64,000 nucleotides of DNA from Lingula anatina. Lineage: Eukaryota > Animalia > Brachiopoda. Location of the stretch: assembly GCA_051362555.1 (NCBI GenBank), contig CM120640.1, forward strand, positions 22,430,225 through 22,494,224, given 5' to 3'. A program made the position numbers and the translations under genes. Below the pieces are notes generated by a model. It was not told the origin of the DNA and made no database searches. It saw nothing but the letters and a program-made list of their open reading frames with translations. How positions within the stretch are numbered: position 1 is the first letter of the stretch; each line of letters opens with the position of its first letter. This document shows positions 12,219 to 24,200 of the stretch, one piece after another.

Positions 12219-15200
12219 ATGGCAGAGTTGATTTTGCGTGAAAAGGCGATCATCGTAAAAACTTACCAACCACAAGAACTAGATCAACTGATCATATACT
12301 TCCAAAGCCACCACCAAAGCGATGGGGGCGATGTTAATGAACAGCAGTCTCGAGTTTCGGAATGTGATTCAGGCACAGCAATCATTTGTTTTGAAGAGAA
12401 GGAAAGTAAGTATAATTACCGCCCGATTCAAGATGCGTTCCGTTTAAAACGATACAGAGTATAGCAGTTGCTGGATTTTAATGGAGTAACGACAAAATGT
12501 CCAGTATATCAAAGAAATCGGTTAAGTTTTGGTGTACAAGAAAAGTTCGCGGGTTTGGCCTGCCTGATTGGATCTGATTGCCGAGGTTAATTAGGCCTAT
12601 TATTATTAATACTTTTTTTGGCAAAGAAAAGAGAGATCAAATAGATATATATGGACAAATGTTTCATGCTTTCTTTAGCCAATCTAAAAGTAGACGTGAC
12701 GTAGTTTGAGACATGAAACGCACGGAAAACCCTGATGAGCTAATTTTCGTCACGTGACATAACTGGGAATTCCCCCTTCTGCTTCCGCCTTGCATGTTGA
12801 TGGAGCTGCTGCGTGCATCGTTCACGTTTCTTCTAGTTGGCATATGATTCCCCCCCCCAAAGCATTTTAGAAAGAAAGGATTTACTGGGGTTAACGGCGA
12901 TTTCCCCATACGTAATTACTAATTGTCCATTAATCCATTAATACTTTGTCTAAAGTAAGTACATGCACCAGTACATGTAGTGTGCACACATGAATTTTTT
13001 TTTCTTATTGAGCTAGAGACTTGAAATTTGGTACACAGATATCCACATACTTGACTATGAATAAACGGTTTTGATTTTTAATCCATTTTATTAAGATCAA
13101 AAGTTATTCAAGTTTTAGTGACACTGTGTCTATCAATTTTTCAGATGCCACTTTCAAAAATGAGTCAAAAGTTGTCCAACTTGATTTTCACTTCCTAAAT
13201 AATGTCATTACATAGAAACTCTAAATATACCACATAATAATTAGAGAAGCTGCATGTGAACACTCAATTTTAATATTGATTCTAGGATTTTCCTAAGCAG
13301 AGTTTTATGTTTGTGAATTACAAGTGGGCAAAGTGATAGAATTTTCGGCCACAGGTTCATGCAAAAAAAAAAAAAAAAAAATAATAATAAAAATAAATAA
13401 ATAAATAAATAAATAATAATAAAATAGAAATAAAATAATAATAAATAAATAAATAAGATTTAAAAAATACAAATTGATACAGTGTATCTTTCAAAGTGTA
13501 TGCTGTAGAGTGAGATATTTTAACATTGACTAAATGGGGAACAAAAAGTTGGAGGAACAAAAGAATTACTAAAAAAAAAGCTATTTGTCCAAATTTCACC
13601 AAAAGTCAGAGATGCTGCTGGTTAAGAACCTAAGTACTTGTCCTTCTGTGTGGCAGATATTTTGTCTTGCTGAACTTTGCCAAATTAAAAAAAAAGAAAT
13701 CAGTTCAGACCTTTCTTAGATCGTCAACATCAGGGGTGAATCCAGAGATATTTTCTGACAGTCTTCCAATTTATCTTTGTTGATCCATCCTCCATTTTTG
13801 ACTGTCTTCTAACAGAAAAAATTAGATACCCATCAATATAAACTTGAAAATCTGACCGTCTTCCGGAAGACCCAGAAGACGGCCTCAGTCCGCCCCTGAA
13901 AATATAGTACCCAAGAGGAAGTCCAGCTGTTATCAATTATGTGCCAATACGTATAATATACGCTTGTTCCCATTGCATTAGTTAAGACAGCAATGTAAGA
14001 ACAGGTTGAAATCTGATACTCTGGGGACAGCTTCTATGGCCGTTCATGAAATTGAACAACTGGCACCACCATTTTCCATCAGTGGTTGCTAGCTACTAGT
14101 ACATGTTTTTTTTTAAAGTTTGGGTTTTTCTTTCATAATTTCTTAAAAGTCATGAATTATATTTACATTTTTGATGTCTATTGTATGTGCTAGTATAAAT
14201 GTAAGCAGGATAAAACAAGCCTTTGGAAATAAAGATAAGGCTTCCAGATATACCTGTAAGAAGCAACGAAAAATCATAATAAGTAATAACACAGAAGTAG
14301 AGAATTAATTAAGAAGCTACAAGTACGTCAAATATTGTTTAAAAGAACGTTTGGGAATAAAGCAGCGAATTACACTTACTTCAAAACAGAATAATAGTAG
14401 ACAACAAATAATCCCCGCTCACAGAACATCAAACAAGACAAAAACTCCAACATCAAACAACGCCGAGAGCGTCACGGCCTCCACGCATGAGCAACATCAT
14501 CGGCTGCACATGATGCTGCACATCGTCAGTGGTGATGATATGTAACACGGGGTACATATAGTTAGCACATATAAAACAACAGGTCAGACTTTTGTACCAT
14601 TCACAAAATGTCAGCTAATAGAGGTTGAAGACAGCAGAAAATTGGGATTTGTAGGTTCTACATTTAGTTCAGAAAATAAAGAATGTATTTATACAATTTG
14701 CTTCTAGCTGCAAAGAGAGTGTTAGCAAAGCAGGACCATCATTTTGTTGGTGTGAGTGGCATCCCATGTCAACTAACTGTGGAGCCATATGCAGGATCCA
14801 AGTACTCACCAGCTGGTGTGGGTTTAAAGTCTAATAAAGAGCAGGTAAACGTACCTGAACTTATCAATGGCACCATCAAATGAACAGACAAATAAAATAG
14901 ACAATTTGTAATAAAAATACTTATTAGTGAAGTAACAATAACATTTTTAATTCCCATTGAAAAAACTAAATATTTTCACACAATCTCAAATTTGCTTGTG
15001 ATGTTATATTGTTCATGGTAGTAATCGGCCTTTTTCTTTCTCATTCATCCACATTTTAGTAAGGCTTATTATTCTTGAAAGTCCAGTCTAATGAACATTT
15101 ACCAGTATTGTAATTGTTGTTGAACATTTAAATTTAGTTTCTAAAATGTTCAGATCATGCCAGGAGCCCCTGATGCCAGGGAGGGAGCAACTGCCAGTCC

Positions 15201-18200
15201 CAGTCAGCAGTTACCAGACCCAGAAACAGCAGCCACACAAGCAGAAAATGATAGCACAGTAGCTGACAATAAACCATCTTCACCCAAGGAAACCCTTGAC
15301 AAGCCTGAGATGCAACCACCCTCACAGGAAGGTGAAAGGTTTCAACACCAGCAGCCTCCAATTCAGAGCCCAGGTCAACCACAATACCATGATACTTTTA
15401 GTGCTAAATCACATGCAGATCAGCAGTCACCTGAGAATAAGAACATTATTTCTGAAGGATCAGTCACTGCAGAAGCCATCGACATGCAAACCAACAGGAG
15501 TAATGGTCATATACCAACAGAGCAGCCACAACTGCCTACAGGAAGTACTTCTGAGACTCTTAAAGCAACCAGCGACAGTCCAGTCAATGTTACATACCAG
15601 GGAGCAAGCTATCCCCCACCCACATCCAGTGCATACATCCCATATGGCTATGGAGCAGTGCAATCATATCCTCCTCAGCCGTTTATCCCATACCATCAGG
15701 TGAAGATTGTCTCTTTTTTCATATGTATATATATATATATATATACAATTTGAAACAAAAATTATTATTAATGAAGTAACAATAACTTCATCAGTTCCCT
15801 TAGAAAAAAACTTTGATTTTCACACAAGCTCAAATTTTGCCTCAAATTTTCCTTGTGATGTGATATTGTTCATGACAATAATCAGCCTTTTTCTTCCTCA
15901 TTCATCCACGTTTTAGTAAGGCTTTTTAATTTTGAAAGTCAAATCTAATGTTTATTCTTTTATGTTGTAGTTATAGTTGGACATTAACATTTAGTTTCTA
16001 AAATATTCAGATCATGCCAGGAGCCCCTGATGCCAGGGAGGGAGCAACTGCCAGTCCCAGTCAACAGTTACCAGACCCAGAAACAGCAGCCACACAAGCA
16101 AAGGGTGCTAGCACAGTAGCTGACAATAAACCATCTTCACCCAAGGAAACCCTTGGCAAGCCTGAGATGCAACCACCCTTGCAGTCAGGTGAAAGGTTTC
16201 AACACCAGCAGCCTCCAATTCAGAGCCCAGGCCAACCTCAGTACCATGATACTGATAGTGCTAAATCACATGCAGATCAGCAGTCACCTGAGAATAAGAA
16301 CATTATTTCTGAAAGTTCAGTCACTTCAGAAGCCATCGACATGCAAAGCAACAGGAGTAGTGGTCATGTTCCTACAGAGCAGCCACAACTGCCTACAGGA
16401 AGTACTTCTGAGACTCTTAAAGCAACCAGCAACACTCCAGTCAATGTTGCATACCAGGGAGCAAGCTATCCCCCACCCACATCCAGTGCATATGTACCCT
16501 ATGGCTATGGAGCAGTGCACCCAGAAAGCACAGGGAAAACATCAAATCATAATGAAGTTTATGGAGGATATCCTCCTCAGCAGTTTTACCCATACCATCA
16601 ACCTATGCCTGGAATGCCAACTGGTTATCCCTACATCAATGGATTTTGGTATCAGACCCCTCAGCATAATGATGTGCAGTCACAACAAAGCATACCACCT
16701 GGCCCACAGTATGGCCAACATATGCCTCTAGATCATCAGAATGCTGCCCACATGTATAGTCACATGCAACACAGTGGCCAAGGGTTTAGTCCCTATATGG
16801 TGCAACCGACAGGAAATCACCCAGGCAAACAGAATAACCCACACATGGTCCAACAACAACAAAACATAGGTTTCCATAATAGCCAGCATCCCTCTCAAGA
16901 AGCACACCATTTTGGATTTCATGGTGCAGGACATTTTCCTAGGCAGCCACAACATCCCACAGATCCTGGTTTCATTTACAGCAGGCATTATACCCAGCAA
17001 CAGCAGACTTCTGGTTCTTCTGAAAACAAGTCATTCACTCAGAAACCACCGCATTTTGACTCCAAAGCTATGCCTGAGCAACAACTAAACAAAGATGTCC
17101 ATGATAGCCAGCATCCCTCTCAAGAAGCACAACATTTTGGATTTCATGGACATTTTCCTAGGCAGCCACAACATCCCATATATCCCAGTTCCACTTATAC
17201 CCAGCAACAGAATTCTGGTTCCTCTGAAAACAAGTCATTCTCTGAAAAACCACCACATTTTGACTCCAGAGCTATGCCTGAGCAACCACAGGATGTAAGG
17301 ACCCCAAATGCCCCTAATGTGTCTCCACAACAAGAACATACATTGAGAACACCAGCCGAGGGCTTTTTTGCTTCTGAAAACTCTACTGTTGAAGGTAAAG
17401 ATAACACCATCTTTGTATTTGTGCATATTTAGCTCAATTAACGATGTTTGTATTTGATCTTGTATTTGAATAGGAATCATCATAGTAGTTGAAATAAATG
17501 TAATCATATTTTCTGTAAGATCTTCAATGATGGAGATTGTTATGGTTTTTGGTGAAAAAAGATGCTGGTCTTAACATGTTTCATAGTCTATTCAAAACTC
17601 ACCTTTATACAACCACCACTTGTATGAGGTTTCTTTAAGCATTGATTGTGCTAGATACGGTACATATTATGCTGAGGTGCATTTTTTATGACTCAGATAA
17701 TTGGATTAAATGATGAACGGGCGGAGCAAGTGTTTGGTTTATTCTCATCTATTTGATTTTGTTTTACTTAGAACCTACCATGCCATCTGTAGAACAGTCC
17801 AGTGAAGCAACCACAAGTCAGCAGTTAGGGGTGTTAGTACAAGGCATTGGGACAGACATCAGTAAGGACCACTTGGAGATGTATTTTGAAAGCGAAAAGA
17901 GGAGTGGTGGTGGTCCAATAGAAGACCTAGATTACACACCTGGCACTGGCAAAGCTATCATCCATTTCAAGGATGCCAGTGGTGAGTTTGACCAGAGAGT
18001 TATTTTGTGAAGCTAAGTCATAAAATAAATTATAATGAATGTAATTGCTATGAAACCTAACTGTTCTTATTAGAACTGTGCATTGGTATTATTTGGTACA
18101 AAACTGCACACCTTTGGCTGGGGGTCTTGAAGCTTCTTTAATCCATTTATTCAAATATGTCTGGAGTTTCTGAACCCACTAGCATCAGAGTGACTTGACC

Positions 18201-21200
18201 TTCAAATGAATATGAAGTCTCTTTCTGTGACTCAAAGCTCTGTTGGCTGGATTTAAACAATACATCCAAGTTATTCTGAATTTTTACATATTTTTAGTGG
18301 CTGATAGGTTAGTTAAAAGAGGAACTGTTACCATGAAGGATTCAACTCTAAACATCAGCTGGCTGCCAGAACCTAGTGATGCATGCACAGTCATTGTGAC
18401 TGGTATCCAGCATTACACAACTGAGGATGCTATAAGATTGTACTTTGAAAATGAAAAGCGTAGTGGTGCCCAAGGGTACAAGGATTTGCAGTATTCTGAA
18501 GGAAGTGGATATGCTTTGGTCACATTTGAAAGTCCAGAGGGTGAGTTTTATATCAGTCAGAATATTATAAAGCTGTATTTCTTAGATTTTATATTTTTTG
18601 AGCTTAGAACGTACTTATATTTTTAAATTCTAAATTCAGGTGCTGCCAACTTTGTGAAGGCAGGAACAGGGAAGTCACCATTAGATGGAGCCACTTTACA
18701 GATTTCTTGGCCTACCACAGAGGATACAGTTGCCACCAATCAAACAGGAAATGGTCAAGTCACTGTCCTGGTCTCTGGAATCAAAACTACTACAAAAGAG
18801 GAGACATTGAAGATGTATTTTGAGAGTCGGCGTCGAAGTGGAGGTGGTCCTGTGAAGAAAATAGAATATAAAGAAGGCAGTGGACAGGCAGAAATCACTT
18901 TTGAGGCAGCTGAGGGTAAATTATCTTCCAATTATAAAAAAGTTTTTAAAAAGTAAATTTCTTGTATACATACTGCAACTCGGCTGCATATTAGTGTGGT
19001 CTACAATAGATAACAATATGTCTGGCCTTTTTTTGTTCTGATAAAGGGTACTGTAAGGTTTTATTATCATCCAAATGCCGAAAATGAGTTTTTTCCTGCA
19101 TCTGATTATTCAATAATACATCTTCCTTTGTACTGATTTAAAACAATGAAAATTCCCTAGAAATATATGAAATATTGGTTGAATTGGAACATTGGCCATT
19201 GACCATTGTCAAATGAAATAACTCTTCCCTCTGATGTTTGACAGCCAAAATATTGACAAAAAGAAAGTGCTAAATGGCATTTTTACTCTTATATTTACCT
19301 TTATTTGTAAAAAGGCAGGTTACTTACATAGATCATCATGATCAGATTTTTTTCTAAAAGCATTTTTTTTTGTATATATTTTCATAATGTTCACCCCATA
19401 AATACCAACTGAATTTTAGTTTTGCTGATAGGTTTTGATAAAAATCAGATTATTTTCACAAATGCCTTTTTTTCCAATATTGTTTTAATGTATTTTTGTT
19501 GTTTGGTGTCTGTGCATTTACCAGCTTTGCTAAGTTGATAGTTCTAATGGAAAGTGAGAAAATGCTGAATATTTGTGATAATATTTGCGTAGTATATAGG
19601 TATAGAGACATTTTAATAAGATATGAGAACTGATGCGAAAACTAAAATGCACATTTTACTTTCTTTCAGATGCTGCCAGTGTTCTGAAAAAATCTGAAGA
19701 AATGGCTCTCCAACTTGAGGATGAGAAGTTGAAGGCTGTGTCATGTTGTCCTTTACCCTTGAATCCAAAGCTTCTGCTCTTTTCAAATCTGGTTCAATAC
19801 AAGCCAAAACTAAAATCCACTTTGATGTTGTTCTTGGAAAATATCTCCGGGGTGGATGAAAAAGACATCACTCTTATGTATGGTGAAAGCCCAAGGGTCC
19901 TTTTGGTGGCATTTTCAACAGATATTGGTAAGCTAGGATTTCTGTCTGCCTGATTGATGGAATTCACATTAATGGAAAGGTTGATAAAGTATAAATTGAT
20001 TTTGGGCTTAATCTATAATATTAAGTATTTTGTTGTTGGCATACTTGATAATTTGTGAATTAATTTGAATGATTTATTGTTGTAAAAAAATTAGTACAAC
20101 TTTTACTACACTGCATATTCACCAAAGTCAAACAAGATTCTCAAAAGCTTTTTATGATAGATTTATAGGCTAAAGAAGGGATAAATATATCTAATATCAA
20201 TTTTAATATTAGCTCTTGAATTTTATTAGCTCTTGAATTCTAACTACACAGCACAGGTACACTGTAACAACATATGAAGAATTGTATTAACTGTCCACTG
20301 TATAAATTGCTTTTCAGATTTTGCCTTATTTAAAGAGAAATGCATGGAGAGAAGAGTAAAAGGCAGAGATGTTAGTTTGGGTGAATTCAACGTAGAACCT
20401 GTCTCATATCCAACTGCTGTTCAAGCACATGGTTTAAAAGGAACTACCACTGAATACATCATTCAATTGTACTTTGAGAAACTTGGACGTAGCTGTAAAG
20501 TGAATATGGTTTTCAAAAACAGAACCAGAGTGGCTGTGATTACTTTTGATGATTACAAAGGTGATTATTGTGATTGGATGGAGACCATTGTTTTTTATAT
20601 TTGAAACAAAAATGCAGGCACATGTAACATCATGTGTTTGCCAGTTAGGTACATTTTTTCCTGCCTTTTTGTTGTAAGTAAAAGTATGCTATGTTTGAAA
20701 ATTGTGAATTTTTAAAAATAAGATGATTAAAAAGATATGTAAAAAACAAATGTTGTTTTGCACTGATTTCTATGATTGGTATATTTTACGTAATACTATG
20801 TTTTTAAAAAGCATATTTTTGTACATTTTTTTCAGTGGTGGACAAAATATGCAAAGCCTCTCCTCACACCATTGAAGGAAAGAGTGTTGTAGTCATCCCT
20901 TATTATCCTTGCTTGGGTGTCACTGATCCACAAAATACAGATGTCCCATGGTTGACCATTCCTCCACCAGAACACTTCCATGTTGATCCACTGCTCATTG
21001 AATTTCTTCAGGCAACTCCCCAACATGATAGAAAACTGAAAGATATGCTACAGAAATACTGTGGTGTTGTTAAGCAAGAAGCGGGTACCACATCCTTGAT
21101 AGTAGAATGCACCATCAGTCCTGATATGACCAATGCATTTTCTGAAATCGAAGCTTGGAGTGCAAAGGTATCAGAGGCAATGAAACAGTTTCTCCAAAAT

Positions 21201-24200
21201 TATGATCACAAGAAGATTAAAGTCCCAGGTGACATTGGAAGTGTAATTTGGGAACGTGTAGATGAGATGGCTCAGTCTTACCCAGGAAGGTTATTGTTTC
21301 ACAAAGACAAAAAGAATATGTGCATACAGGTAGTGGGAGAAAAGGGTGATGTATCAGGAGTCTTACAAAGTATGTCAGAGACAATTCATTCTGTTCAAGA
21401 AGATGCCCAGTCTGTGAGTGGCCAGGTCAAGATAAAAGACTGTGCAGTACACTTTCTAGAGAATGGCCCATTTTTGCAGCTACTAGGAGAAAAATACCCA
21501 TTGTTACAAATAGAGCCAGACTTTTCCAATAAATTTGTCAATTTAAAGGGACATACTGCCAGAGTGGATGAAGCAAAAATACAACTGTTTCAATACATGC
21601 AAGAGATCAAAACAGAGCGGATTCCAGTTACCAGTGCTGTCCTGGATTTTTTGAGAAAAGAGAGTTGCTGCCAATTTTTGCAGGAAGAGTTCGGGAAAAG
21701 AAGCCTCAATGTGCATGTTATGTGTGGGTCTAATGAGGCATACATTTATGCTTTGTCCAGTCATGAGTCAGGTCAATGTGAAATGCAGAAAGCTATTGAA
21801 TTGATACAACAGAAGATCAAAGAGAAAAAAATGTCAGTACAAGAAGGTGGTAGTGCTGTTATCAGAGAAAGAAAATGGCAAGATATGAAGGACCAGTTGA
21901 GTAGAGACTATGAGGACTTGATTGACATACGGGTATCTCCTCAAAAAAAGCATCTGACTATTGTTGCTTTGGCAGATACAATCAATAAAATTGAAAATCA
22001 TGTCCAAGAATTTTTACGCTGCCACAGTGTTGTAGAACATTTTGAAGATGTCGCTTACCCAAAAGCAATTTACATCCAGAAATTCAAGATGGAGGAGGTC
22101 AACAAGGTTGAGCGTGACCTAAGGTTTTCTGCAGTTGATATCAGACTCGAAGTATCAGAAACTGGTAAATGTGGTTTCGGCATTAAGGGGAACCCAGATG
22201 GTGTGGAGAAAGCTACAAAGACTGCAATGGCTATTATAGAGACAATTAAAAAAGAAACATATAAAATTGATCGGCCAGTGGTGGCACAGTTTTATAGTGA
22301 TGAAAGAGGACAGATCCTGTTGAAGAATACTGCAGGCAGTAACAATTGCATTGTTGAGGAATCGGGTAGAAGAGGCCCAGGACATGCTGGAAAATGTGTC
22401 CCTCAAGAGTTCAACCATCCGTCTGGTATTGTGTTCAAAGTGCGCCAGGGAGATCTCACCAAGTACCACACTGATGCAGTTGTTAATACTGCAAATGAAA
22501 GGCTTGCCTCTGGTGGTGGTTTGGATGGTGCCATTAAAAAAGCAGGTAAAAAAAAAATTAAACCTATAAAATCCATGAGCCAGTGGTGGCACAGTTTTAC
22601 TTTTACAATTTTGGCAAGGTGTATATACCGGTATATATATATAAGTAATTTTCACTGTATCTTTTTCTGAAAAGCTACAAGCTTTATCTTTTCATAGAGC
22701 GCATTCTCAACGAATTGAGCCAGGCTTTACAAAGCCGGTGACCTAAAAATTGGCGGACGTACATGAAAGAAAAACCGCCTAATCTTTTAATAGTCTCTCC
22801 GCCTCCCCACACGTCGTCCCTGCGGGGTACAGTAATTAAATTGCGCCTCCGTTCGCCATGCGGAAGCTACCTGAGAAATATTAAGTACGCATGCTCATCA
22901 GTTAAACTCGTGGTGAAGAAAGCAATGGCGGCTGAAGGCGATCGAAGGAAAAAAAGCTCTTCTGTTCTATTATCTTTGAAAACAGAAACGAAAAAGGAAT
23001 AATTTGGCCCGTAGAGCAGCAATGAATCGACTATCTACGGAGATAATATTACCAGTGATATTCACGGAAATATTAATGTTCGAAGCCGAGATTTAATTAC
23101 TGTACCCCGCAGGGACGACGTGTGGGGAGGCGTGTGAGAGGCGGAGAGACTATTAAAAGATTAGGTGGTTTTTCTTTCATGTACGTCCGCCATTTTTAGG
23201 TCAACGGCTTTGTAAAGCCTGGCTCAATTCGTTGAGAATGCGCTCATACACTATGGTGCAGTTAATATTTAGGTAAATTCTACATTTCACTTTTAAGGTG
23301 GCAATGCAATTCAAAAAGAGTGTGATGATATCATGAAACGGAGGACCAGTCTGGATGCTGGAGAGGTTGAGGTAACAGGACCTGGAAAGCTTCCCTGCAA
23401 GCACATCTTTCATGCAGTAGGACCAAGGTGGAGAGGGGGAAGATCTGGGGAAAGGGAAGCTCTTCAAAGGGCAGTGGAAAATATATTGAAGAAGTGCAGT
23501 GAGGAAAGGGTTGAGTCTGTGGCCATACCTGCAATTAGTGCTGGTATATTTGGTTATCCTAAAGAAAAGGCCACAGAGACCATGGTGAAAGCTGCGAGTG
23601 ACTTGTGCTCAAGGTCAAAACCGGATGGTCTGAAAGAAATCCATTTTGTAGATAAAGGAGAAGACATCATCGATCTGTTTGTATCTGCAGTTGCCAAAAA
23701 CCTGAAAGATAGTGCTGCAGCTGGAGGCAACATTTCTGAAGATGAAGAAGATGGATACTCCGTGAATGACTTTGAAGTGATCAATTCAGGAGGCAAGTGT
23801 ATTGTTTGTTTCTTAAAAAACTCAAACTGGTAGCATTTGATTTTAATTTTGCTTTAAATGATGTTTTCTTACTAGTATTGGGTATAATTTTGATATAAAA
23901 GTAAAAGAGGAGATATTGATTGGGCAATTTTTTATGTTTGTTTGTTTGTTTGTTTGTTTAACCAGTTAGATTTAAGAAATAATGATAATGTTTGTAAAAA
24001 ATTTGTCTTAATTGGTGAATAATATTATTGTTTGTCAGGTTTAACATTTTGTTCATGAACAGACACTGTAGAAATAACTTAGACTAACTACTAAAATGAA
24101 ATCAAAGTACTAGTGTAATTACTTTTCTTTGACTATAATTTGGTACTGAAGTAGAAAAAACTTGTTTTCTATTACAAAGTGTGTGTTCTAATTTTAGGTG

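Larger units (their letters stand above)
10975..22270 (+). repeat. Segmental duplication unit (copy 1), paralogous to ~38651-55578
   Basis: Colinear similarity of upstream region, promoter, exons 1-10 and introns, from TGATTATC..ACAAAAAGAATT to GAAAC(A/C)TATAAAAT(T/C)GAT. Confidence 0.92.

Noticed and set aside
15296-16731. Alternative-frame ORFs (135 and 192 aa; 214 aa in copy 2) as overlapping genes
   Set aside because: Shadow frames of low-complexity duplicated exons; one copy (44281-44688) is interrupted by a stop.
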